Notes: generated by a model from the letters alone, not told the origin. A stretch of DNA of 51,066 nt from Parcubacteria group bacterium GW2011_GWD2_38_11 (GCA_000992325.1 LBTZ01000022.1:1-51066); one strand, 5' to 3'; numbered from the stretch's first letter, positions 40,309 through 49,856 are shown. Made by a program: numbers and translations.

Positions 40309-40472
40309 CTTTGAAATTTACAATGATCAATTTTCAATTTACATTGAAATCTCAATGATGCAATGAATAAATGAAAAAAGATTTAATTGGAAATTAGAAA
40401 TTGAAAATTTAATGAAAATTGTGAATTGAAAATTGAAAATTTGATAGGCTTAATTTATATCATCTTGAAATA

Positions 40473-41651
40473 ATGGATAAAAAATCTTCAAAAAATAAAA
40501 CTAGTATCAAGGCCTTGTCAGGTGGCTATGCAATGGCGGAGGCTTTGCGTCAAATTCATCCAGATGTTATGGCTGTGTATCCAATCACGCCACAGACAAC
40601 GATTATTGAAACGTATGCCAAATTCAAGGCGGATGGGTTGGTGGAAACTGAAATTATTCAAGTCGAATCTGAACATTCTGCGATGAGTGCAACGATTGGG
40701 GCTTGCAGCGCTGGTGCGCGCGCCGTGACCGCCTCGAGTTCCCAAGGACTTTTGCATATGGCCGAGACTTTGCCGGTTGTTAGTGGTCTTGGACTTCCAA
40801 TTGTGATGTGTGTGAGTTCCCGGGCTCTTTCAGCCCCGCTCAACATTCACGGCGAGCACGGCGATGTGATGGCAATTCGCGACTTTGGTTGGGTGCAAAT
40901 TTTCGGAGAACAAGCTCAGGATGCCTATGACAACACAATAATTGCCCTCAGGCTGGCTGAAATGGCGGGGGTGCCAGTTATGCCCATTATGGACGGTTTT
41001 CACACCTCGCACACCACAGAGCGTGTGGAAGTGCTTGGGGATGAAATTATCCAGAGTTTTGTCGGACAATTCAAGCCCGAAAATGCTCTTTTGGATCAAA
41101 AAAACCCTATAACTATCGGAACTTTGGCTCTGCAGAACACTTATTTTGACTTTAAAATAGATCAAGAAAAAGCCTTTCTAAAAGTGAAGACTTTGTACAA
41201 AAAAATCTGCGCTGAATATGGCAAAATTTCAGGTCGCAAGCATAGTCTTTTTGAGGAATATAAAACAAAAGATGCTGATTTTGTGATTGTAATGATGGGC
41301 GCAACCGCTGGAACCGCCAAAGACGCAGTTGATGTGCTGCGCGCAAAAGGTAAAAAAGTTGGCTTGCTTAAAATAAACTTGTTCAGACCATTTCCATATA
41401 AAGAGGTTGGCAGCGCTCTGGCGCACACTAAAAGTATCGCAGTGCTTGATCGTGCGATGGCTTTCGGATCATTTCCGCCGCTGTATCAAGACATTGTGAC
41501 TAGTATGCAGAGTGCAGGCTCTCGCAAGCACGATGTTGCTAGTTACATCTATGGTATCGGCGGACGCGACACAATGCAATCTCACATTATTTCTGTTTTT
41601 AAAGATTTGGAAGAAGGAGAAGTAAGTAATAAAATTAAGTATCTGACCTAA
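40473..41651 (+). CDS. porA: pyruvate:ferredoxin oxidoreductase alpha subunit
   Basis: YPITPQT, VESEHSA, TASSSQG, FRPFP. Confidence 0.93.
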   Translation: MDKKSSKNKTSIKALSGGYAMAEALRQIHPDVMAVYPITPQTTIIETYAKFKADGLVETEIIQVESEHSAMSATIGACSAGARAVTASSSQGLLHMAETLPVVSGLGLPIVMCVSSRALSAPLNIHGEHGDVMAIRDFGWVQIFGEQAQDAYDNTIIALRLAEMAGVPVMPIMDGFHTSHTTERVEVLGDEIIQSFVGQFKPENALLDQKNPITIGTLALQNTYFDFKIDQEKAFLKVKTLYKKICAEYGKISGRKHSLFEEYKTKDADFVIVMMGATAGTAKDAVDVLRAKGKKVGLLKINLFRPFPYKEVGSALAHTKSIAVLDRAMAFGSFPPLYQDIVTSMQSAGSRKHDVASYIYGIGGRDTMQSHIISVFKDLEEGEVSNKIKYLT

Positions 41652-41795
41652 TTTTATGAATTTCAAATTTCAAATTAAAAATGTCAAATAAAATCCAAAT
41701 GATAAAATGACTAAATTAGAATTAAGGTTTGAAAATTTAATTCATTGGAAATTCAATGAAAATTGAAAATTGTGAATTGAAAATTATTTATACAT

Positions 41796-42704
41796 ATGAA
41801 TAAAGAACTTACAAAAAAATTATCGTCTGGTCATGCGACTTGCCAGGGGTGTGGAATCCCGGCGATTGTGCGTCACGTTTTAGGCGCGACTGACGAACCG
41901 GTTATTGTGGCTAATGCAACGGGCTGTTTGGAAGTGACGACCACAATTTATCCATATACGGCTTGGAAAGTCCCATACGTTCACAGTGTGTTTGGAAATG
42001 CTGCAGCGACTGCTTCCGGAATTGATGCTGCTCAAAAAGCATTGATGAAAAGTGGTAAAATAAAGAAGAAGGCCAAGGTTGTGGTTTTTGGTGGCGACGG
42101 TGGAACATATGATATTGGCTTGCAAGCTCTTTCTGGAGCTTTGGAGCGAGGACATGATTTTTTGTATGTGTGTTATGACAATGAAGGATATATGAACACC
42201 GGAGGACAAAGATCTGGCGGCACACCCTATGGCGCCAACACGGAAACTGCACCGGCTGGCGAAACTTCTTTCGGAAAAGCGCAGCAACGAAAAGATTTGA
42301 TGGAAATTGTCAATGCGCATCATATTAAATATCTTGCTCAATCAAACGTGGCATATGTAAATGACCTCAAAATGAAAGCCAAAAAAGCCTTGGAAACTCC
42401 CGGACCATCTTTTCTTTTGGTTTTGCAACCTTGTACGCAACTTTGGAAATTTCCGACTTCGGAATATGTGGCGGTGGGAAAACTTGCAACTGAAACTAAT
42501 TTCTGGCCCCTATATGAAATTGAAGATGGAAAATATAAAATAAATAATGTTCAGAAAAATCCAAAACCAATTGAAGAATTTTTGAAAGTGCAAGGTCGTT
42601 TCAAACATCTCTTTGCTGATAAGAATAAAGATGTTATTGTGGATATCCAAAATAAAGTTGATGATAATCTGTCCAAGCTTGTCAAAAGAGCTGAAAAAAG
42701 CTAA
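41796..42704 (+). CDS. porB: pyruvate:ferredoxin oxidoreductase beta subunit (TPP-binding)
   Basis: GH.TCQGCG, ATGCLE, GGDGG.YDIG, YDNEGYMNTGGQ. Confidence 0.93.
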   Translation: MNKELTKKLSSGHATCQGCGIPAIVRHVLGATDEPVIVANATGCLEVTTTIYPYTAWKVPYVHSVFGNAAATASGIDAAQKALMKSGKIKKKAKVVVFGGDGGTYDIGLQALSGALERGHDFLYVCYDNEGYMNTGGQRSGGTPYGANTETAPAGETSFGKAQQRKDLMEIVNAHHIKYLAQSNVAYVNDLKMKAKKALETPGPSFLLVLQPCTQLWKFPTSEYVAVGKLATETNFWPLYEIEDGKYKINNVQKNPKPIEEFLKVQGRFKHLFADKNKDVIVDIQNKVDDNLSKLVKRAEKS

Positions 42705-42705
42705 C

Positions 42706-42875
42706 ATAAAGCAAAAGAATAAAATTTTTCTGCGAAATTAAACTCGAGCTCTTTATTTTTTAACTAAAATTTTTTGTGGTCACACGCGTATACCGCGCAA
42801 GGGACAAAAAATTTTAGAAAAAATAAAGGCTCTCAAACAGTAATTTCTTGAAAAATTTCATTCTTTAGCTTTATT
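42706..42875. repeat. long nested inverted-repeat element directly upstream of tRNA-Thr
   Basis: outer arms ATAAAGC..AGAAT.AAATTTTTC / GAAAAATTT.ATTCT..GCTTTAT; AAACTCG...CTCAAACAG junction; inner CTTTATTTTT..CTAAAATTTTTTGT / ACAAAAAATTTTAG.AAAAATAAAG. Confidence 0.75.
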
Positions 42876-42878
42876 AAG

Positions 42879-42951
42879 GCCGATGTAGCTCACTTGGTAG
42901 AGCAATACACTCGTAACGTATAGGTAGCCGGTTCGATTCCGGCCATCGGCT
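42879..42951 (+). tRNA. tRNA-Thr(CGT)
   Basis: acceptor GCCGATG/CATCGGC, anticodon loop CTCGTAA, T-loop GGTTCGATTCC. Confidence 0.93.
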
Positions 42952-43007
42952 CAGCGAATTTTTTGTATATTTGTATTTTTGTATAATTTTGTAATTTTGT
43001 AGACCCT

Positions 43008-43526
43008 ATGAAAACTTATATTTGTGAAATTTGTGGGGATGCTTATATTGGAGAAGGGAAGCCGACCAATTGTCCTTTTTGCGGCGCACGCGGGGCTTTT
43101 ATCAGAGAAGGAAAAGACGCTCATCCTGTTGTGGAGGTCAAGGAATCACTTTCTGATCTTACAGTGAAAAATTTGCAAGAAACTTTGCAGCTGGAATTGG
43201 ATGCCAATGCAATTTATTTATGTATGGCAGCGAAAACTGATTCATATGAAATAATGAAGATGTATAAACGTTTGGCAAAGGTTGAAATGGAACACGCGAT
43301 TATTTGCACAAAAATAATGCAAATTACAATGCCGGAAGCTGGCGCAAAAGAATGCAGCGATGATGACATTGCAAATTTCCAAAAAACTCTTGAATTGGAG
43401 GATCATGCTGCAGAGCTGTATGCAAAATTTGCTAAAGAGGCAATTGAAAAGCATGTGAAGATTATGTTTACCGCACTTAATCAAGCGGAAGTTGACCACA
43501 TTGAACTTATAAAGAGTTACTTGTGA
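43008..43526 (+). CDS. reverse rubrerythrin-like protein (N-terminal rubredoxin-like site plus ferritin-like diiron domain)
   Basis: CEICG...CPFCG; EMEH and EVDH motifs. Confidence 0.8.
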   Translation: MKTYICEICGDAYIGEGKPTNCPFCGARGAFIREGKDAHPVVEVKESLSDLTVKNLQETLQLELDANAIYLCMAAKTDSYEIMKMYKRLAKVEMEHAIICTKIMQITMPEAGAKECSDDDIANFQKTLELEDHAAELYAKFAKEAIEKHVKIMFTALNQAEVDHIELIKSYL

Positions 43527-43545
43527 GAGTCGCTCGATCATCCCC

Positions 43546-43578
43546 GCCTGCATCGCTATGCGAAGCATTGCGGGCAGG
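43546..43578. repeat. REP-like GC-rich palindrome
   Basis: GCCTGCATCGCTATGCGAAGCATTGCGGGCAGG. Confidence 0.55.
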
Positions 43579-43681
43579 GAAAAACAATTGCAACTTTTGA
43601 CACAACACCAATGAGACTTGTTTTAAGTGACAAAAATAAGAATACGCTCTCGCTCTATTTCATCTCTTTAAAGTCTATCTT

Positions 43682-44425
43682 ATGGAAGTTTGGATTTACA
43701 CAATATTAAGTGTTCTGATTGTTAGTCTCCTTTCTCTTTTGGGATTGGCGGCTTTTCCGTTTGGGGAAGAGAAGATCAAAAAGTTTGTGATTTGGGCGGT
43801 GGCATTTGCTGGTGGAACACTTTTGGGAGATGCATTTTTGCATTTGATTCCTGAGGCATACGAAAATGGATCTGGAGTTGGAATTTCTTTTTCAATTCTG
43901 GGTGGAATTTTGGCGTTTTTCGTTTTGGAAAAATTCATTCACTGGCATCATTGTCATGACATTGCCTGTGAAGAACACAATGAAACTTTTTCCTATGTGA
44001 TTATGATTGGAGATGCTGCGCATAATTTCATTGATGGAATGATCATTGCAGCAAGCTATATGGTCAGTATTCCAATTGGAATCGCCACAACTTTGGCGGT
44101 AATTTTTCATGAAATTCCTCATGAGATTGGAGATTTTGCTTCGATGCTATATGGTGGTTTTTCAAAAGTAAAAGCTCTTTGGTATAATTTTTTGGCAGGA
44201 ATTGTGGCTATTTTTGGGGCGTTGCTAGTTTTGATTATTGGTCAAAATTTTGCTGATTTAACTTATTATCTTATTCCATTTGCGGCTGGTGGTTTTATTT
44301 ATGTGGCTAGCGCTGATATCATTCCTGAACTTCACAAATCAACAAAAATTTCACATTCATTTTTGCAGCTCTTGTTTATTATCGCAGGAATAGTCATAAT
44401 GTATGGGCTTTTAATTTTAGGTTGA
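43682..44425 (+). CDS. ZIP family metal (zinc) transporter
   Basis: FLHLIPEA, HWHHCH loop, HNFIDG, HEIPHEIGD. Confidence 0.92.
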   Translation: MEVWIYTILSVLIVSLLSLLGLAAFPFGEEKIKKFVIWAVAFAGGTLLGDAFLHLIPEAYENGSGVGISFSILGGILAFFVLEKFIHWHHCHDIACEEHNETFSYVIMIGDAAHNFIDGMIIAASYMVSIPIGIATTLAVIFHEIPHEIGDFASMLYGGFSKVKALWYNFLAGIVAIFGALLVLIIGQNFADLTYYLIPFAAGGFIYVASADIIPELHKSTKISHSFLQLLFIIAGIVIMYGLLILG

Positions 44426-44457
44426 TTGATTTTTTTAATATGCTGCGATAGTCGTTC

Positions 44458-44555
44458 AACTGTTTTCATTCTTGGCACGCTTTTGGATAAATACTCAATA
44501 TCCAAAAGCTCAAGAAGCCGCTGTCGCCGGCTATTGGCCAAGAATGAAAATAGTT
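44458..44555. repeat. structured intergenic element with the same three-way-junction layout as 9707-9820
   Basis: AACTGTTTTCATTCTTGGC / GCCAAGAATGAAAATAGTT enclosing GCTTTTGGATA/TATCCAAAAGC and AGCCG/CGGCT. Confidence 0.7.
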
Positions 44556-44615
44556 TCACTCCATTTCGTATATTTGTACTTTTGTAAAAATTTGTAAGTT
44601 TGTAGCCAATATTGT

Positions 44616-45711
44616 ATGAAAGAAATATTAGACAGTCTTATCGTGATAAAAAATAAGCTCCCGCTTTTGCGGGACTATCTTTGACGTTGCTAATAAAAAG
44701 AAAAAAATTGTAGAACTAGAACAAAAAACCGCAGAGGATGGTTTTTGGAATGACAATCAAAAGGCGGCAAAAATCTCGCAGGAGCTTGAACTCCTCAAAA
44801 ATGAAGTTACGGGGCTTGAAAATATTGAAAAAAAAGTCGCAGAGCTTATTGAACTCATTGGTCTTTTCGAAGACTCTGAAAGTGAGGAAAAAAAAGAAGT
44901 TGAAAAGCAATTTCTTGAACTTGAAAAAGAATTTGATGCATTGGAATTTAAATCATTGTTGGGAGGTGAATATGACAAAAGTGATGTGATTTTGGCAATT
45001 AGGAGTGGTGCTGGCGGAGTGGATGCTCAAGACTGGGCGCAAATGCTTGAAAGGATGTATCTCAAATGGTCAGAAAAAAATGGTTTCAAGGCTGTTATGG
45101 TTGAGGAGACGCGTGGAGCAGAAGCTGGGATTAAAAGCGCGACAATTGAAATTTCCGGAGCTTATGCATATGGTTATTTGCAGAGTGAAGCTGGCGTGCA
45201 TCGATTGGTCAGACTTTCTCCTTTCAACTCTGACAATTTGCGTCAAACATCTTTTGCTATTGTCGAAATTTTGCCAGTAATCGAAGAAATTGCTGAAGTG
45301 ATTATAAGTCCGCAAGATCTTGTGATTGACACATATCGCGCATCAGGCGCTGGCGGACAACACGTGAACACAACAGATAGCGCAGTGCGCATCACGCACA
45401 CGCCAACAGGAGTCGTTGTTACTTGTCAAAGTGAACGTTCTCAGCTTCAAAATAAAGAGCAGGCAATGAAAGTTTTGAAAGCCAGAATTCATCAGCGATA
45501 TTTGGAACAGCAAAAGGCAGAAAAAGAAAAACTGCGCGGCGAATATAAAAGCGCTGAATGGGGAAGTCAAATTCGGTCATACGTTGTTCATCCGTACAAG
45601 ATGGTCAAGGATCATCGCACAAAATTTGAAACTTCTGATGCGGAAAAAGTTCTCGAGGGAGAATTGCAAGGATTTATGGAAAGCTATTTACGTTGGCAGG
45701 CAGGTGCGTAG
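44616..45711 (+). CDS. prfB: peptide chain release factor 2 with programmed +1 frameshift
   Basis: ATG 44616, 22 codons to CTT-TGA-C (44679-44685); +1 frame joins the ORF with SPF and GGQ motifs. Confidence 0.95.
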
Positions 45712-45834
45712 AATTTAGTGTTACTTTTTTTATATTGCTCTTCGTATTATTTTATTTGTGTGATATAATATAAAAGTAAAACTTTACAAACTTTATAAAC
45801 TTTATAAACTTTACAAACCTTATAAACTTTACTT

Positions 45835-46521
45835 ATGCCAATATTAAAATTTGAAAATGTTTCAAAAACATATCCGGGAAATTTTATAGCTCTCGAAGAA
45901 ATTAATCTTGTCATCGAAAGCGGAGAATTCTTGTCGATTGTTGGTCACAGTGGATCTGGAAAATCAACCTTGCTTAAGCTTATTTATGCTGAGGAACAGG
46001 CAAGTGAAGGTCATGTATATTTTAATGATCGTGCTATAGATTCGATTAATCGTAAACATTTGCCGTATTATCGTCGTAACATTGGAACGGTTTTTCAAGA
46101 TTTTAAATTGCTTCCACAAAAAACAGCTTTTGAAAACGTTGCGTATGCATTGGAAGTCTCAGATGAAACCGAAGAGGAGATCAATGAACTCGTGCCAGAA
46201 ATATTGGAAATAGTTGGAATGAATGATAAAGCTAAAAAATATCCTCGTCAGCTTTCAGGTGGAGAGCAGCAAAAAATTTGTTTAGCTCGAGCCTTGGTAC
46301 GCAAGCCTATGGTTATTATTGCTGATGAACCAACTGGCAATCTCGATCCAGTAGCAACCTGGGAAATCATCCAGCTCCTTTTGAAAATTAATAGTATGGG
46401 AACAACGATCATATTGGCCACCCATAATAAAGATATTGTAGACAAATTGAATCGTCGAGTTATTGCGCTTGATAAGGGAAAAGTAATCAGGGACCATCAA
46501 AAGGGAAGGTATGCTATTTAA
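45835..46521 (+). CDS. ftsE: cell division ATP-binding protein FtsE
   Basis: [34 protein letters not shown]; upstream of ftsX. Confidence 0.92.
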   Translation: MPILKFENVSKTYPGNFIALEEINLVIESGEFLSIVGHSGSGKSTLLKLIYAEEQASEGHVYFNDRAIDSINRKHLPYYRRNIGTVFQDFKLLPQKTAFENVAYALEVSDETEEEINELVPEILEIVGMNDKAKKYPRQLSGGEQQKICLARALVRKPMVIIADEPTGNLDPVATWEIIQLLLKINSMGTTIILATHNKDIVDKLNRRVIALDKGKVIRDHQKGRYAI

Positions 46522-46641
46522 AAATCTGCTGATTTTTAAATAGAATTTTCAAATCCCAATTTCCAATTTCCAAACAAAAGGAATAAATAATTATTTTAAT
46601 GGCTAAAAAGCTAAGAAGCTAAAACCTAAAAAGCTGTTTAT

Positions 46642-47553
46642 ATGAAATTTACAAAACTCAAAAGAACATTTAAAGAAGGAATGGATAACTTTCGTCGTAA
46701 TGGGTGGCTTAGTTTTGCCACTGTTAGTGTGCTGGCAATATCGCTGTATGTTATTAGTGTCACAATAATTTTGGGAGTGACGGCAAATATTGTACTTAAA
46801 AATATTCAGGACAAAATCAATGTAAGTATGTATTTTAATTCTGATGTTGAGGAGAGCAGAATTTTGGAGATAAAAAGTAAACTTGTGGGGTATCAGGAAA
46901 TTGCCTCAATAGAGTATGTTTCAAAAGAGCAAGCGCTAGAACAATTTAAAAAATTGGGAGATAAAAATCCTTCAATAACGCAAGCCCTTGATGAAATTGG
47001 GGAAAATCCATTGCTTGGCGCCTTGGTCGTGAAGGCAAAAAATCCAAATCAATATGAAATCATCACAAAAGCTATTTCAAACGCCAGCTTTTCTGGGGAT
47101 ATTAGTCGTATTGATTATGAGGAAAATAAAACAGCAATTGATCGCCTTACAAATATAATTAAATTGGTTGAACAAGTTGGAATGACGCTTGGAATAGTCT
47201 TTGTGTTTATCGGAGTGCTCATCACGTTTAACGCAATTCGTCTTACTATGTATGCTCATAAACAGGAATTTGAAATAATGCGACTTGTCGGAGCATCAAA
47301 CACTTATATTAAAATGCCATTTGTTTTTGAAGGAATTTTTTACGGGGCAGTTTCTGCTTTTGTTGTGATGATTTGTCTTTATGCTACTTCAAAATTCCTT
47401 TCCCCAATAACTCAAGGCAGCATCGGAGGGGGGGACATCGTTTCGTTTTATTTTGGAAATTTCTTTATTATTTTCGGAGGACTTCTTTTGTCTGGAATAT
47501 TCTTGGGAACACTTAGTGGAATTATTGCAATTAGGAGATATCTGAAAGTTTAA
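46642..47553 (+). CDS. ftsX: cell division permease FtsX
   Basis: YVSKEQAL..F, ENPL, NAIRL, EIMRLVGAS...IKMPF. Confidence 0.92.
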   Translation: MKFTKLKRTFKEGMDNFRRNGWLSFATVSVLAISLYVISVTIILGVTANIVLKNIQDKINVSMYFNSDVEESRILEIKSKLVGYQEIASIEYVSKEQALEQFKKLGDKNPSITQALDEIGENPLLGALVVKAKNPNQYEIITKAISNASFSGDISRIDYEENKTAIDRLTNIIKLVEQVGMTLGIVFVFIGVLITFNAIRLTMYAHKQEFEIMRLVGASNTYIKMPFVFEGIFYGAVSAFVVMICLYATSKFLSPITQGSIGGGDIVSFYFGNFFIIFGGLLLSGIFLGTLSGIIAIRRYLKV

Positions 47554-47593
47554 AAGTCTCAAATGTTATTATTCAAGTTTGTCGCTTTATAAA

Positions 47594-47628
47594 TAAAAAA
47601 ACATTCACGTCAGGTGAATGTTTTTTTA
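47594..47628. terminator. bidirectional terminator
   Basis: AAAAAAACATTCAC-GTCAG-GTGAATGTTTTTTT between convergent genes. Confidence 0.8.
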
Positions 47629-47638
47629 TTTTGCTGTG

Positions 47639-49027
47639 TTATTTGATCCAGACCATACTTGTCTTTGAAGCACTCTTGCCTTTGCCTCCAGATTTGCTGT
47701 AGGCTTTAACCTTTAGAAGATGTGGTCCTCTGCCAACATTCAAAGGCACGATGTAGGAAGCAGTTCTCTTGGTCACTGTTTTTCCATTGAAAGTAACTTT
47801 GTATGATTTTGCATTTTTAGCTTTCCACCAAATGCGATCGCCTCTGTTTTTGTTTAGTGTCACTGGGAGGCTGCTTATTTTTGGTTTTTTGTCTGCAACC
47901 TTCTTCTTATCATTGGAATCACAAGATTGGGTTAATTGAGGATTTCCGCCAACGCAACCAGAAGGTGAAGATGTTGTCACAGTTCTGGTTTGTTGATTGT
48001 TCTCGCAAGAACTCCAATCGGAATAATCAAACAGGGAACATCCAGAAGGTGTATATGAACAAGATTGTGTTAAGATTGGATCTCCGCCGGAGCACTCAGT
48101 AGGAATGCTGGATAAAACTGTTCTTGATTGTGTGCTGTCAGGTTGACATACACTCCAGTCCGTATAAGTAAATGATGAGCAACTTATTTGCAGTGTAGTA
48201 TTGTCTGTCTCTGCAAAGGTGCACTTTTGTGAAAGAATTGGATTTCCTCCGACACAACCGCTGGGAATACTTGATGTGGTTGTTCTTGACTGGGTGCTAT
48301 CTGGTTGGCATATGCTCCAATCAGTATAAGTGAATGATTCGCATTGTTGACCCAGTATAACTAAAGTGTATTCTGTAATATTTTGTAAAATATCAGTTCC
48401 AACCCCATCATCAATAATTACATCTGAATCATCAAGATTACCCGATGCAACAAAGTTTATTTCAATGTCATTTTCATTGGCGGATACTGGCTGTAAGGCT
48501 TTAAAGGTGAAAGAGCCCACATTGCCGGAAGATGTGCTTATACCAGGGGTGGGCTTGCTTAGTGTGATAGCAATTCTTCCATTATCGCGATCATCCTCAA
48601 TAATTTCACAAGCTTTACCGTTGTACTGACAAGGATTATTCGTGGCAAAAACAGAGTTGGATGTGTCCCAATCAATCAATTGCACAGCTTGCTTATTAAA
48701 ATCCAGAATCAGTCTGCTGGCAACAACATTATTTCCTTGTGTGTTTAAAATAGCATCAACTGTAAAAGTGTCACCCACGACAATTTCATCACTTTCTGAA
48801 TATAAAATTAGTGATGCTTGAGGTGTTGTGGCGTCGGAAAATATTTGCAGATCGTAATTTACAGTCCAAATAAGTGTCCCAAAAATTCCTGTTACTAATG
48901 AAAGAATGACAGCACCTTTCCAGGAACTGATTTCCTTTTTGGTTACAAATCTCCAACTTCTACTAAAAAACCCATAAGAATTGTCGGCGATTTCATCTAT
49001 GGGTCGCGTTGATTTTTTTCTTTCCAT
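47639..49027 (-). CDS. membrane-anchored cohesin-like protein with three Cys-rich TSP1-like repeats and basic Ig-like C-terminus; paralog of 34809-35792
   Basis: shared RPID...SYG...SW N-terminus, C.YNGK.C.II motif, C.SF.Y.DWS.C repeats. Confidence 0.72.
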   Translation of the reverse strand: MERKKSTRPIDEIADNSYGFFSRSWRFVTKKEISSWKGAVILSLVTGIFGTLIWTVNYDLQIFSDATTPQASLILYSESDEIVVGDTFTVDAILNTQGNNVVASRLILDFNKQAVQLIDWDTSNSVFATNNPCQYNGKACEIIEDDRDNGRIAITLSKPTPGISTSSGNVGSFTFKALQPVSANENDIEINFVASGNLDDSDVIIDDGVGTDILQNITEYTLVILGQQCESFTYTDWSICQPDSTQSRTTTSSIPSGCVGGNPILSQKCTFAETDNTTLQISCSSFTYTDWSVCQPDSTQSRTVLSSIPTECSGGDPILTQSCSYTPSGCSLFDYSDWSSCENNQQTRTVTTSSPSGCVGGNPQLTQSCDSNDKKKVADKKPKISSLPVTLNKNRGDRIWWKAKNAKSYKVTFNGKTVTKRTASYIVPLNVGRGPHLLKVKAYSKSGGKGKSASKTSMVWIK

Positions 49028-49060
49028 ATTTTTATTTTTTTATTTCAATTTTCTGTAAAC

Positions 49061-49198
49061 AAAAAACCTAAACCAATCATTCCCAATAGGGGATAATCAA
49101 TTTAGGTCGGTTCTGCAAGTCAACTCCCCGCGATTCATTAGCAGCCAGGAATTTTGGCATATAAAGGAATTTCACAACGCGGATCAAAGCTTCCTAAA
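49061..49198 (-). promoter_or_regulatory. c-di-GMP-II-like riboswitch aptamer (49198-49101) with overlapping intrinsic terminator (49107-49061)
   Basis: minus strand: TTTAGGAAGCTTTGAT-CCGCG..GGCTGC..CGCGG-GGAGTTGACTTGCAGAACCGACCTAAA. Confidence 0.7.
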
Positions 49199-49279
49199 AA
49201 TAAAGTATAATACTTTATTTTAGTATAGCATAAATTAAAAATTATACATAGTATAATAATATTTTTTGATATCAAACAA

Positions 49280-49735
49280 TTAGGCGAGTGGGATTTGGAT
49301 AAGTTTCACAATATCAGCAATTGTTATAACTCCAACCAGTTCATTGTTTTCGGAAATTACTGGAACAGTGTGCAGCTTGGATTCCTTTATGAGTTTAAAC
49401 ATTGCTGAGATATCATCATCAGGACAAAGTGTGGTGCAATTTTCAGACATAATATCCACCGCTCTTGCTTCTAGCAATTGTTTGAATTGCTGCTGCTTTT
49501 TTTCATCCATTGAATTCTCAGAGACAGTATTTTTCAAAAAATCAATAAAGAATGGAAGGTAGACTTCATTTTTTGTGAAAAAATCAGTTTCAGTTATTAT
49601 TCCAACCAATTTGGAATCAGAGACCACTGGAACTCCGTGAATGCGATTTGTATGCAAGATTTTTGCAACGTCGGTAATTTTAGTATCGACAGTTACGGAT
49701 ATGACATTGCTCGTCATTGCTTCCTTGATTTTCAT
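49280..49735 (-). CDS. tandem CBS domain protein
   Basis: PVV...LVGIITETD and PVI....LVGVITIADI. Confidence 0.88.
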   Translation of the reverse strand: MKIKEAMTSNVISVTVDTKITDVAKILHTNRIHGVPVVSDSKLVGIITETDFFTKNEVYLPFFIDFLKNTVSENSMDEKKQQQFKQLLEARAVDIMSENCTTLCPDDDISAMFKLIKESKLHTVPVISENNELVGVITIADIVKLIQIPLA

Positions 49736-49856
49736 ATTTATGTATGGTTATTAAATATATATGTATGTATATCTATATTATACACTTTTTTCGGGGTAGT
49801 ACAATTTTTCCCTAAATTAATATGTATCTCATCTTCTTCATTGATGTTGTTTTATA

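Noticed and set aside
44738-44989. Separate ORFs around the prfB 5' region
   Set aside because: Explained by the programmed frameshift; the true frame runs 44683-45711.
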